Shown: positions 35,681-48,784 of the stretch, piece by piece
Layout: each line of letters starts with the position of its first letter
Position numbering within the stretch: the stretch's first letter is position 1
Origin: Centroscyllium fabricii
Lineage: Eukaryota
NCBI GenBank assembly: GCA_051313645.2
Contig: JBNRSN020000007.1
Span: 33,604,001-33,668,000, forward strand
Reading direction: 5' to 3'
Length of the DNA stretch: 64,000 bases
Notes under the pieces: model-generated
Databases searched by the model: none
Told to the model about the DNA's origin: nothing
The model's input: the letters and a program-made list of their open reading frames with translations, nothing else
Made by a program: the position numbers and the translations under genes

Positions 35681-36484
35681 TATGTGTTCAATCTCGGTAG
35701 GGTCAATTCAGAAACATTTTTGCACAAAATATAAAAGTAATTATGTGTACTTTTTGCTGGGGTAACATCGAAACATAGAAGATAGGAGCAGGAGTAGGCC
35801 ATTCGGCCCCTCGAGCCTGCTCCGCCATTCAGTGAGATCATGTCTGATCATCCCAATTCAGTACCCTGTCCCTGCCTTCTCCCCATATCCCTTGATCCCT
35901 TTAGCCTTAAGGAATATACCCAACTCCTTCTTGAATATATTTAATGAACTGGCCTCTACTGCCTTCTGTGGGTCGTCTTTCGTATTCCCCATCCCACCGG
36001 AAGAAATGACACTACAATACAACTTACTTGCCCTGAAGAGGAATTTCCCCCTCAACTGCCACCATTCAGCCATTCCAATGCTATACTCACTTGGCATCCA
36101 CACAAACACACACTTATAGCAGGAGGACAGGCAGGGACCCTGCAAATTCGTCCCCTTCCGAGCCTGGGCACGGTTTTGCCAAGTGTCGTGCCCCTGCCAT
36201 CACCCCAAGATTGGCTGGCTTAACACACGCCAGGGATCCAATCTGAGCGGCTGATGACCACACAGTGCATTTACCCATTCAGCCAGCAGGGGGAGCTCAA
36301 CGTGCATTTCATTCGATCAAGGCGATTATGCTTCACCAACCCAATCTTGCATTCAGTTCAGCATTTTGCTGCATCAACAATTCAAGTTCCCTTCAACCTT
36401 CCTGTTACGTTTTGCATCTTTCCCATATTTTTATATTTGGTATGCAAGAGGGTGTAGCCAAAAGCAACTGGAACAAGGGCACGA

Positions 36485-37890
36485 AACATAGAAGATAGGA
36501 GCAGGAGTAGGCCATTCAATGAGATCATGGCTGATCATCCAAATTCAGTACCCTGTCCCTGCCTTCTCCCCATATCCCTTTAGTCTTAAGAAATATATCC
36601 AGCTCCTTCTTGAATATATTTAATGAATTGGCCTTCTATGGCAGAGAATTCCACAGATTCACCACTCTCTGGGTGAAGAAATTCCTCCTCATCTCTCTCC
36701 TAAATGGCTTACCCCTTATGGTGGGGTGGTGGATAGCGAGGAGGGAAGGCTCAGTCTGCAGGACGATATAGACGGGTTGGTCAGATGGGCGGAGCAGTGG
36801 CAAATGGAATTTAACCCTGAAAAGTGTGAGGTGATGCATTTTGGAAGGATTAACAAGGCAAAGGAATACACAATGAATGGTAAGACCCTAGGAAAGACAG
36901 AGGATCAGAGGGACATTGGTGTGCATGTACATAGATCCCTGAAGGCAGCAGGCCAGGTAGATAAGGTGGTTAAAAAGGCACATGGGATACTTGCCTTCAT
37001 TAGCCGAGGCATAGAATATAAGAGCAGGGAGGTTATGATGGAGCTGTGCAAAACGCTGGTCAGGCCACAGCTGGAGTACTGTGTGCAGTTCTGGTCGCCA
37101 CACTATAGGAAGGATGTGATTGCTTTGGAGAGGGTGCAGAGGAGATTCACCAGGATGTTACCTGGGCTGGAGCGCTTCAGCTATGAATAGACAGGACAGG
37201 CTGGGGTTGTTTTCCTTGGAGCAGAGAAGGCTGAGGGGGGGACCTGATTGAGGTGTACAAAATTATGAGGGGCATAGATAGGGTAAATAGAAAGGAATTT
37301 TTCCCCTTGGTAGAGGGGTCAATAACAAGGGGACATAGTTACAAGGTAAGGGGCGGGAGGTTTAGAGGGGATTTGAGGAGGAACTTTTTCACCCAGAGGG
37401 TGGTTGGAATCTGGAACTCACAGCCTGAAAGGGTGGGAGGCAGGAACCCTCACAACATTCAAGAAGCATTTGGATGAGCACTTGGAAGTGCCAAAGCATA
37501 CAAGGCTACGGACCAAATGCAGGAAAATGGGATTAGAATAGACAGGGCTTGATGGCCGGCACAGACACGATGGGCCGAAGGGCCTCTTTCTGTGCTGTAA
37601 AACTCTATGACTCTATCCTTAGACTGTGATCCCTGGTTCTGGGCTCCCCGATCATTCGGGAATATCCTTCCTGCATCTAGTCTGTCCAGTCTTGTTAGAA
37701 TTTTATAAGTTTCAATGAGATCCCCTCTCATTCTTCTAAACTCCAGCGAGTATAAGCCCAATCGACCCAATCTCTCCTCATACGTCATTCCTGCCATCCC
37801 AGGTATCAGCCTGGTGAATCTTTGTTGCACTCCTTCCATGGCAAGAACATCCTTCCTTAGATAAGGCGACCAAAACTGTACCCAAAACTG
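36485..37890. mobile_element. Plus-strand CR1 (36722-37615) inserted into a minus-strand CR1
   Basis: ORFs 36726-37190 and 37253-37477 (+) lie between minus-strand CR1 tail and RT pieces (ORF 37459-37839). Confidence 0.85.
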
Positions 37891-38175
37891 TACGAGTCTA
37901 AGAAAATTTGATTCTGCTTGCTGCTAGCAGTTAAGGCTTGGAGGAATCATGCAGAAATTTTCGCAAGTCCACTATATATCCCCAAAATCCTGGTCCGTCA
38001 AATGGTGGTTAACACTGCCTTTGAATATGTGCATAAAACTCATCAGATGTCAGTGAGTGACAAACAACGCTGGTAGGTGGTGCTCAGAGATTACTGCTTT
38101 GAGGGCCATTTTTAACATCCAAGTGTAAACAAACACTAAAACCCATAATAGTTATCTCCATTATAATAGCCTTAC

Positions 38176-38286
38176 TTTGCAAGTAATTTCCAATCCATAC
38201 GAATTTTCACCTCTGCTCGATTGGCCACCTATCTTTTCAACTCGACTGATCACCCCCAGAGGGATGTCAAGCGTCATCACAGGATC
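38176..38286 (-). CDS. MTM1: Myotubularin coding exon (MTM1 exon 5 equivalent), 111 nt
   Basis: ttttttgcttttacacAG|GAT CCT...TGC AAA|GTaagg = [37 protein letters not shown] (human: [37 protein letters not shown]); phase 0-0. Confidence 0.94.
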
Positions 38287-38437
38287 CTGTGTAAAAGCAA
38301 AAAAATGTATATAACGGCACAAATTTTCAACACATTCAGTTGCATCACTTGCCTCAAGTTAACCCTAGCTCCTGACAGCAAAAATTACACTAAAACCGTT
38401 CAGTAATTAATTACTCTTCATGTGATTGAAAGACTTT

Positions 38438-39315
38438 GGGCTAGAGATTCGCTGTCCTGCCCGTTAAATGGTGCGCAAGCCAAGTAGCGCCTGCGCCTAC
38501 CGCGGTTTTCAGTGGGGCGCCAAGGTGGGCGATAACCGGTAGCGCCCCACTGAATATCTCGCGCTGCTCGCCGACGGGGATGATGTCATCAGTGCGCACA
38601 GGGGATGATGTCATCAGTGCGCGCAGCGCCTGTGTGGTGCCCGCGACTGAGATTGGGCAGCGCCCGCTGAGTTTTCGGCGGGCGCTGCTCGCGACAGCTT
38701 TTTCCAGCCGTAAGAGCAGCGAGGGAGCGCTGCTTAAAGGGGAGGGTGTCGGTCGGCCATTTTTATTGCTGGCCGACTGCCAGCACCTTCCCCCTCTGCC
38801 TCCCCCGCCGCGGTGTCAGGCCTCCGACCACTGAGCACGGCTCGATAGGGATCGAGGGATATGGGGAGAGGGCAGGGACAGGGTACTGGGTTTGGATGAT
38901 CAGCCATGATCTCATTGAATGGCGGAGCAGGCTCGAAGGGCCGAATGGCCGACTCCTGCTCCTATCTTCTATGTTTCTATGTTTCCCTCGAGTGCCGGGC
39001 TCCTTCTGCGGAATGTCGTCCCACGGCGGCCCCGCGGGGCTCCGGCCGCAGCCGCGCTAGGCCCCTCCCCTTTAATCGGGGAGGAAGGCCTGCGGCGCCG
39101 CGGGCCGCCACTCTGCGCTGCGTGTCGCAGCGACCCCCCAGCGCCCGGAACTTCGGCCGCAGCGCCTGAAGAGCGAGGGCGGGCGCCTGTTTTAGCGCCC
39201 GCCCTCCTACTTTGGGCGCTGCAGCCGAATTTCAGCGCCAACGATCAGCTGCCGCTAAAAACAGCACTGCGCCGAGATTAGCGTCACAAAACGTGCGCCA
39301 GCCAATTTTTCCCCC
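38438..39315 (-). mobile_element. GC-rich MITE related to the 8971 family, holding an HE1 SINE tail at ~38836-38983
   Basis: Ends ccaatttttccccc; homologous to 60039-60752. Confidence 0.72.
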
Positions 39316-39864
39316 CTGTTGGGCTTTTTCATAGATATTAAACATCTGCCAAAGTGTGTGTACATTCTAATCAAACTAAAACAGTTGAGAAGCATAAGCC
39401 ATGAAATATGCCTTTATTCACTTATTATCCATTAACCCACTGAAAACCTGTTGCTGCATCAAAATTTTAATCTGCATTTTTAAAGATTTCCAAAAACAGC
39501 AAAAATTGAGACATGGTTCTGTGCATTTCTTCAATTCTATTCTATGCACTCATCTTCACCAATGTCGACATAGTTTTAAACATTGAAGTAATCTCCGAAT
39601 CTTAGAAAGCTTTCAGCATTCAATGGAGCGAGAATTTGGCAGAGCAACCAAGTTTTTTGCCTTGAGACTTGTGAGCGAAGAGGATAGGAGCCGAGAGTTG
39701 GAGCTCCCTATCTTGCACATTCCAGAATACGGTTTGTTTGCTGTGGGGTTTTTCCCCCCCCGTGTCATGTCTCGTCAAACAACTGCACCAACAGAATTTT
39801 AAAAAGGAGACAAGACCATCTCCAGCACAAGGGATGCACCATGTCCACATCATGACTCTGAAAG

Positions 39865-41476
39865 TAACCCTGGTGAGGAAGGGTGTTGAGGGGAGATACT
39901 GTGGTACAGGTCGAGCACCGGTAATCCGGCACCCTCAGGACCAGGCCGGTGCCGGACCATTGAAAATTCCGAACCACTGAAGGTTCAGGGGTGGGGAGGG
40001 GGGGGGGGGGGGGGGGCGAGCGGTAGAACACTCCCCGAGGCCCGGAGCGTGCGGGTAGAACACTCCCCCTGGGAGGGAGCCCGGGGATAGAATACTTAGA
40101 AGACCTAAAAAAAAAAGCAACCCAAACGCCCGACGCCTTTGGCGCTCGCCCACCCTTCGCGGGAAACGGTGGCGCCGCCGAGCGGCTGCTCCGCAAACTG
40201 AAGACCGCCCGTTTCCATTCGTGCCGAACCACTGAAGGTGCCGGACCAGAACCCGAAACGTCAACTCAATTTCTCTCTCCATGGATGCGGCTTGGCCTGC
40301 TGAGTTTTTCCAGCATTTTCTGTTGTTATTTCAGATTTCCAGCATCCGCAGTATTTTGCTATTATATGCAGGGTTAATTGTCCACTGAAGGATCAGAGGG
40401 ACCTTGGTGTGCATGTACATAGAAACATAGAAGATAGGAGCAGGAGTAGGCCATTCGGCCCTTCGAGCCTGCTCCGCCATTCAATGAGATCATGGCTGAT
40501 CATCCAAACCCAGTACCCTCTCCACATATCCCTCGATCCCTATCGAACCTGCACCGACACATATCCCACCCTATCCCCGTACCCCCACATATTCAATCCC
40601 CCTAACACTAAGGGTCAATTTATCATGGTCAATCAACCTAACCCGCACATCTTTGGACTGTGGGAGGAAACCGGAGCACCCGGAGGAAACCCACGCATAC
40701 ATGGCGAGAATGTGCAAACTCCACACAGATAGTACCCGAGGCTGGATTTGAACCCGGGTCTCTAGTGCTGTAAGGCAACAGTGCTAACCACTATGCCACC
40801 GTGCCGCCCCTGAAGGCAGCAGGACAGGTAGATAAGGTGGTTAAAAAGACATATGGGATACTTACCTTCATTAGTCGAGTCGAGTCATAGAATATAAGAG
40901 CAGGGAGGTTATGATGGAGCTGTACAAAACGCTGGAGTACTGTGTGCAGTTCTGGTCGCCACACTATAGGAAGGATGTGATTGCTTTGGAAAGGGTGCAG
41001 AGGAAATTCACCAGGATGTTACCTGGGCTGGAGCGCTTCAGCTATGAAGAAAGACTGGACAGGCTGGGGTTGTTTTCCTTGGAGCAGAGAAGGCTGAAGG
41101 GGGACCTGATTGAGGTGTGCAAAATTATGAGGGGCATAGATAGGGTAGATAGAAAGGAACTTTTTCCCTTTGTAGAGGGGTCAATAACAAAGGGACATAG
41201 TTTCAAGGTAAGGGGCGGGAGGTTTGGAGGGAATTTGAGGAAGAGCCTTTCACCCAGAGGGTGGTTAGAATCTGGAACTCACTGCCTGAAAGGGTGGTAG
41301 AGGCAGGAACCCGCACAACATTCAAGAAGCATTTAGATGAGCACTTGAAATGCCATAGCATACAAGGCTACGGACCAAGTGCTGGAAAATGGGATTAGAA
41401 TAGACAGGGCTTGATGGCCGGCGCGGACACGATGGGCCAAAGGGCCTCTTTCTGTGCTGTAAAACTCTGACTCTAT
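39865..41476 (+). mobile_element. CR1 3' fragment with nested Tigger-like (39907-40245), Penelope (40245-40365) and HE1 SINE (40417-40809, -) pieces
   Basis: ORF 40911-41300 is the CR1 RT C-terminus; CR1 tail present; the SINE is the reverse complement of 4791-5196. Confidence 0.82.
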
Positions 41477-42181
41477 GGGGGAAAAATTGGGTTGCTCCCC
41501 GTTTGGGGCGCTAACCTCGGAAATTAGCGCCCCGAAAAAGTTACCGCCGTTCCGTCGTAAATTGGGTTTTAGCGCCCCAAGTAGGAGGTGGGGTGCTACT
41601 GCAAGTGCCCCACCTCGTTCCTTGGGCGCAACAACACAATTTGGGGCCACTGTGTGTCGCTGCGCCACGCTCTGCAGCACGCCGCGCCGCGGTACTGCAG
41701 GCCTCCCTCCCCTCCTTAAAGGGGGGTGGCCTAGCGTCTTGCGGCCCGGAGCCCTGCTGGACCGCCGGGGATCAGAGCGCCGCCAATTGAGCCCGGCACT
41801 CGAGGGAAGTGCAGGGGCTCACGGAGCACATCCAGCACTCCGCGGGGAGGCATCGGGGAAGGCCGGGGACGACGGAGGGAGGCAAGTGCTGGCAGGCAGC
41901 CAGCAAGTAAAATGGCCGCCCGGCACCACTCCCCTTAAATAGCGCTGCCCCGGCTGCAACTGCGCCCGCCCTGACCCTGTCAGAGACAGCGTCCGGCGCT
42001 AAGTCAGGGGACGCGACTGAAGTTCAAGGCCGAGGCGCTGCACCACGGGGCGCCAACGGCTGTTGCCAGCGCCCCGCTGAATATCGTGGGAGGCGCCAGC
42101 CCAGGTGCTTGGTGCCTTGCGCCCCATTAGTAGCCCTCTTAGGGTGCTAACGGCTGGCGCAAGCCACCCAATTTTTTCCCC
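41477..42181 (+). mobile_element. GC-rich MITE inserted in a CR1 tail
   Basis: ctat|gggggaaaaattggg ... cccaattttttcccc|gatgact. Confidence 0.8.
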
Positions 42182-42371
42182 GATGACTATGAAACATGCA
42201 TTCGGGCCAGCCCAGATGATGCTCTGAGCTTGCTTATTTCCAATCCAGAACAAATTTCCCAAGCCTTTTCACACTCACGACAACCACTAGGATGACATGT
42301 CTGGTCCTGGTCATGTTTGCCTTCTTCTGTGTCACATTATGCGGAAATGTAACAGAGGAATTCAGATAAAA

Positions 42372-43393
42372 CAGGTACACAACCCTTTATCCGAAAACCT
42401 CGGGACCGGGCGGGTTTCGGATAAATACGGTTTTTAGAGTTGGCCCCAGTGCGCATGCGCAGATCGCTTGCGCATGCGCATTGCCATGTTTTCGGCCCAG
42501 CTCGCGGTCGGGGAACGGCATATCGGCCGTTTGCAGCGGGGAGACCGGCCGTTTGCAGGGGGGGGGAGACCGGCCGTTTGCAGGGGGGGGGAAACCGGAC
42601 GTTTGCAGGGGAGGAGACCGGCCGTTTGCAGGGGGGGGGGGGGGAGGAGACCGGCCGTTTGCAGGGGGGGGGGAGACCGGCCGTTTGCAGAGGGGGGCGG
42701 GGGGAGGAGACCAGCCGTTTGCAAGGGGGGGGGGGGGGGGGGGGGGGGGGGAGACCAGCCGTTTGCAGGGGGGGGGGGGGGGGGGGGGAGGAGACCGGCT
42801 GTTTGCAGGGGGGGGGAGACCGGCCGTTTGCAGGGGGGGAAGACCGGCCGTTTGCAGGGGGGGGGCAGACCGGCCGTTTGCAGGGGGGGGGCAGACCGGC
42901 CGTTTGCAGGGGGGGGGCAGACCGGCCGTTTGCAGGGGGGGGCAGACCGGCCGTTTGCAGGGGGGGGCAGACCGGCCGTTTGCAGGGGGGGGGCAGACCG
43001 GCCGTTTGCAGGGGGGGGGCAGACCGGCCGTTTGCAGGGGGGGGGCAGACCGGCCGTTTGCAGGGGGGGGGGGGGGGGGGGGACCGGCCGTTTGCGGGGG
43101 GGGGGGGGGGGGGGGGGGGAGACCGGCCGTTTGCGGGGGGGGGGGGGGGGGGGGGACCGGCCGTTTGCAGGGGGGAGACCGGCCGTTTGCAGGGGGGAGA
43201 CCGGCCGTTTGCAGGGGGGAGACCGGCCGTTTGGAGGAGGGAGATCGGCTGGTTTTTTCCTCAGCTCGGCATCAACAGCACGAGATCGGGGTAGGAACGT
43301 GTTTTTTCTGCTGCAGCTTAAATCATTTTTTTCTTAAATAAATTGAAGAAAAACTTTGGTTTTTGGAGCTGTGGATAAGGGATTGTGTACCTA
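42372..43393 (+). mobile_element. Tigger-like MITE with G-rich tandem array (~42525-43235)
   Basis: CAGGTACACAA...TTGTGTACCT; unit gaccggccgtttgca plus variable poly-G. Confidence 0.85.
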
Positions 43394-43844
43394 TATCACA
43401 AACCACAAGAACACAATTTAACTGAACACCATTCTACTTTGTTGTTTGGATTTCTATATTCTGCTATTGCCACCCAAGTCTGAGCATTTAAGTTTGCTTA
43501 TAGTGGGATGAAGATGAATTATTTTTAAATATATATCTCTATCGAGAGAAAGAGAAAGAAATATATATTTTTTGAGAGCAGCAAAGCCTTTTGTATCACA
43601 GCAACTCGGATGTAATCTAGAAAAACAGAAGCCAGGTGTCTCCCTTTAAGCTCTTAATATTCCAGACTGGATAAACATGTTAAGAGAAATGTGACCGAGC
43701 CAAAAATCCTTAAAGTGGGAGGTTAAATTAATTCATGAAGTTAAGAGATAGCACTGCTCAGTGCAATATCACCGACATATTTATATTTTTTAAAGATACT
43801 CGCAAATAGAAGCCTCATCAAAGCCTTACTATCATTTAAAAGAA

Positions 43845-45508
43845 CAGAAAATGCTGGAAAAACTCAGCAGTTCAGGCAGCATCGGTGGAGAGAAAGACAG
43901 AGTCAATGTTTCCGGGAGTTTTTTTTAAACTCATTGATGGGATGTGGGCGTCGCTCGCTGGCTGGCTAGGCCTGCATTTAGTGCCCATCCCTAATTGCCC
44001 TTGAGAAGATGGTGGTGAGCCGCCTTCTTGAACCGCTGCAGTCCATATGGTGTAGGTACACCCACAATGTTGTTAGGGAGGGAGTTCCAGGATTTTGGCC
44101 CAGCGACAGTGAAGGAGCGGCGATACAGGTCCAAGTCAGGATGGTGTGTGGCTTGGAGGGGAACTTGTAGGTGGTGCTGTTCCCATGTGTCTGCTGCCCT
44201 TGTCCTTCTAAGTGGTAGAGGTCACGGGTTTGGAAGGTGCTGTTGAAGGAGCTTTGGCGAGTTGCTGCAGTGCATCTTGTAGATGGTACACACTGCAGCC
44301 ACAGTGCGCCGGTGGTGGAGGGAGTGAATGTTGAAGGTGGTGGATGGAGTGCCAATCAAGCGGCCTGCTTTATCCTGAATGGTGTCGAGCTTCTTGAGTG
44401 TTGTTGGAGCTGCACTCATCCAGGCAAGTGGAGAGTATTCCATCACACTCCTGACTTGTGCCTTGTAGATGGTGGAAAGGCTTTGGGGAGTCAGGAGGTG
44501 AGACACTCGCCGCAGAATTCCCAGCCTCTGGCCTGCTCTTGTAGCCACAGTATTTATATGGCCGGTCCAGTTCAGTTCCCGATCAATGGTAACCCCCAGG
44601 ATGTTGATAGTGGGGGATTCAGCGATGATAATGCCATTGAATGTCAAGGGGAGATGGTTAGAGTCTCGCTTGTTGGAGATGGTCATTGCCTGGCACTTGT
44701 GTGGTGCGAATGTTACTTGCCACTTGTCAGCCCAAGTCTGAATGTTGTCCAGGTCTTGCTGCATATGGACACGGACTGCGTCAGTTGATAGTGGGGGATT
44801 CAGCGATGATAATGCCATTGAATGTCAGTTCCTTTTATCGAGACTGATGAAACAGCCGAGAAGGATAGCAGAGGGCTGTCAGAGAACAAAGGGACGAGAA
44901 GAGACAATGAGAGTTATTCAGAACGAGACGAGGTGCAGTCCGCAAGGGTGACCCCGAGCTCCCGGTTGCCTGTCACTTCAATTCTCCGCTTCACTCCCAC
45001 TCTGATCTCTCTGCCCTTGGCCTATTATATTGTTCCACTGAAGCTCAGCGTAAGCTCCAGAAACAGCACCTCATCTTCCGATTAGGCACTTTACAGCCTT
45101 CCGGACTCAATATCGAGTTCAACAATTTCAGATCATAACCCGTTACATTTTTACCTTTTTTTTTACATTATCCACACCTTTGCCTCGGCCCTCCCCCGCC
45201 CCCCCTCCCTTTTTTTCTCTTTCCCACACGGCAGCTGTCTCCTTTTCAGCCGGCACATTTCACGCCTAATCTTGAGCTGTCTTCTGTCCTATTACCAACT
45301 CGTCTCGTTTTGAATAATGCTCATTGTCTCTTCTCGTCCCTTTGTTCTCTCACAGCTCTCCTCTATCATTCTCAGCTGTTTCATCAGTCTCGATAAAGGG
45401 AACTACCCGAAACGTTGACTCTGTTTCTCTCCACCGATGCTGCCTGAACTGCTGAGTTTTTCCAGCATTTTCTGTTGTTGTTTTGGATTTCCAGCATCTG
45501 TAGTATTT
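43845..45508 (+). mobile_element. Penelope-like element with inverted 5' pLTR and 15-bp TSD, interrupted by a Zenon-like LINE (43918-44827, -)
   Basis: TATCATTTAAAAGAA at 43830-43844 and 45509-45523; GIY-YIG remnant at ~44935-45135; hammerhead variant at 45385-45421. Confidence 0.87.
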
Positions 45509-45737
45509 TATCATTTAAAAGAATTCAGGCTGACTGTTCAGGGCCACAGTCACACCAAAACCACAGAATCACACACATTAAAAAGGCAACACAAACTCTT
45601 GAAATACAACAAAAAAAATCAATGAGGATACCAGCTGCAAGTCTGTCACAATTAGATTTTTTTTTTTTTAAACATGCATTTATATAGCGCCTCTCACGTG
45701 ATCAGTATATCCCAAAGTAGTTCATAGCCTATAAGTT

Positions 45738-45840
45738 ACATTCTGACGAAAGGTCATCGACCTGAAACGTTAACTCTGTTTCTCTCTCCACAGATGCTGC
45801 CTGACCTGCTGAGTAGTTCCAGCATTTTGTTTTTATATTA
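45738..45840 (+). mobile_element. Short Penelope pLTR fragment with hammerhead core
   Basis: CTGACGA A AGGTC-ATC-GACCT GAAA CGTTA; similar motif at ~62897-62927. Confidence 0.78.
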
Positions 45841-46164
45841 TTTACTTTTTAAGTGTAGTCACTGTTTCTCTGTAGGCAAAACCGCTTCTGAAATTAGCTT
45901 TTAGAAAACATGAAACCAAATGTGCTATCACTGTGGTTAAGATTCTGTGACTGAAGATTCTTAAAAATAACCCGACTACACAAGTGTATTTCTCCCGTAA
46001 TGTACAAATGGTATTTATGTGAATGAGTTTCAACTTAAGCCCTGATCAAATGAGACTCCTCAAATGGCTCAGTGAGTTTACCCAGTGGCCAGCTGAGCCA
46101 TAGACCAGACTAGTCCCATATCTGTGCTGTGTCATCTGGTCTCAATGTGGTCGCAATACAGGTA

Positions 46165-48784
46165 CAATTATAACGGCTACTGGAACGTAAAACTGGACGA
46201 AGAATCAACTAACCTGATGACCTTTAACACACCATTGGGGCGTTATAAATTCCTGCGGCTGCCATTCGGGTTGAAAGTCAGCCAAGACATCATCCAACAA
46301 AAGATCGATGAAGCATACAGAGGCTGTGAAGGAGCCATTGGAATCGCTGACGAAATCCAAGTTTACGGAACAAATGAAAGAGACCATGACATGCACTTAC
46401 ACGAGGGGCCATGGAGCGCACCAGAACGGCTGGCATCAAGGCTGAGAAGTGCATGGTTAAAAGTACGAAGTGCAAATTTTTTGGCATGATCTACACACCG
46501 GAGGGTGTCAAGCCTAATCCCGAAAAGGTCGAAGCGATAGCAGAGATGAAACGTCCAAACGACAAGAAGGAGCTGAGAAGCTACCTCAGATTGGTCCAGT
46601 ATATGAGCTCTTTCATCCCAAACATGTCAGACTACACAGTGAACCTAAGAGAACTACTAAAAGAAGACACTGAATACCAATGGTCAGAATCCCATGAGAG
46701 GAACTTCAAACACCTAAAGGAACTATTATGTAAAGAAACCAGCCTGTCTTATTACGATAGAAAAAAACCTGTCACCCTACAGGTCGATGCCTCTACCAGA
46801 GGGCTAGGGGCAGCTCTCGTACAGGAAGGAAAACCAATAGCTTTCGCATCGAAGGCATTGACATCAGCAGAGACAAGATACGCAAACATCGAAAGAGAGC
46901 TATTGGCAGTAGTGTACGGATGCAAAAAGTTCCACACCTACTTATCCGGAAGAAAATTCGAGGTAGTGAGTGACCATTGTCCACTCAAACAAATTTACAA
47001 GAAAAACCTAAGCAAGGCCCCAACAAGACTGCAAAGGTTACTGCGAGGACTCCAAAATTACGACTTTGAGTTAAAATATCGGCCAGGAAAAGAAATGGTT
47101 CTGGCAGATACATTGTCTCGATTATCACCACATGAAAAATACGAGATGAAGGGCCTGACAGTAAAAATACACCACCTCGTAAATGTTACCCCCACAAAGC
47201 TTAGCCAAATCCAAGAGGAGACTAGTAAAGATGAGGAGTTACAACTACTCATGCAACAGGTAATACAGGGATGGCCGGAGAGGAACCAGTAGGTCCAAAA
47301 CCAAATCCGACAATACTGGACAATCAGAGACGACATCTCGGTGGAGGACGGTGTTCTCCTCACTGGATCAAGAATCATAATACCAAGAACGATGCAAACG
47401 GAACTTCTCTGCTTAATACACCAAGGCCATTTGGGGATGGAGAAATGTAAACTAAGAGCCAGATCAGCAGTGTACTGGATAGGCATGTACAAAAGCATAG
47501 AACAAATGGTCTCCACATGCAGCATTTGCCAGAAATACCGAAACACACAGCAGAAGGGGGAGATGATTAAAATGGAAGTACCCCCAAGACCATGGCACAC
47601 GGTTGGAGCAGACCTGTTCATGTGCAACCAGAAGTGGTACATCATAGTAGCAGACTACTACTCAAAATTTCCTTTTGTCAGAAGGATAAATGACATGAGA
47701 GCCACAACAATCACAAAAATTGCGAAAAACTTATTCGCAGAACAGGGCATCCCAGAGAATGTCATCTGCGACAATGGGACACAATTCACCTCCAGCAAAT
47801 TCAGAGCACTCGCTGGAAAATACGGATTTAAAATAATAACCTCATCCCCACATTACCCAAGGGGACACGGTTTTATTGAAAGGCAGGTTTTATTGAAAGG
47901 CAGGTCCAAACAGTCAAAAGAGCTCATTAAAAGCAAGGAGATGGGAGAGGACCAAGACCTCGCCCTTTTGGCACTCAGATCGACACCTTTGAGAACAGAC
48001 TCAAAGTCACCAGCAGAACTACTGAACGGTAGAAGATACAGAACAACTCTACCAGCAAAGATATACCCTCCCCAGGACCAAGACGACGTTCGGCAGATGC
48101 TGATGGAAACACAAGCTACGGGGAGCACACACTACAACAAGCATGCAAAACTACTACCGGAGCTGCTAAATGGGCAGTCAGTGCACATAGATTGTACAGC
48201 ACTGTACAGGCCCTAGGCCCTCAATGTAGTGCCGCGCTTAGTCCAACATACAAGATCCGTTGTCGAAAACATGGAGTCCAGCCAAGGTTATTGGAAAAGC
48301 TGACACTCCAAGATCCTACTTGGTAGAGACAGAACCTGGGAACCAATACAGGAGAAACAGGATCCATATCAGGCCCTCACCTGAAGTGGCCAAACAGCGG
48401 ACAACATTAACAGCAGATATGATGCCAGACACGGACAACAATATAACGCCAGAAACAAACACATCAAAGACAACAACTGCGAACATGCACTCTCCTGAGC
48501 AAAACACGACAGCACCAAAAAGAAAAGAACACACCGAAACACCGCAGAAAGGAATAGTTGCAGCCAAGTCCACAAGATGGAGGAGTAACATACAACCACC
48601 TGAGTGGTATCGCGAATAATTATATAAGACAATTCTAATTCGCACGGAACAGTAAAACATGGACAAATATCTGTATATAAAATGAGCAAAGAAAGCTCAC
48701 GTTTCTGTAGTTTGTTAACGTCAGTTAGCTGTAAACATTTGTAATATAGAAATTGATATAATTAGTTTTGTTGGGAAAGAGGGA
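46165..48784 (+). mobile_element. Gypsy LTR retrotransposon pol remnant (RT, RNase H, integrase), 5'-truncated and disabled
   Basis: GYWNV...RLPFGL...IAD(E), QVDAS..GLGA, RYANIERELLAV, HQGHLG..CSIC, ICDNGTQF. Frameshift near 46410, stop at 47290, a ~56-nt CR1 tail inserted at ~48190-48246, PPT gggaaagaggga. Confidence 0.92.

Noticed and set aside
42440-43341. Gly-rich ~285 aa ORFs in three frames
   Set aside because: Artefact of the poly-G tandem array.
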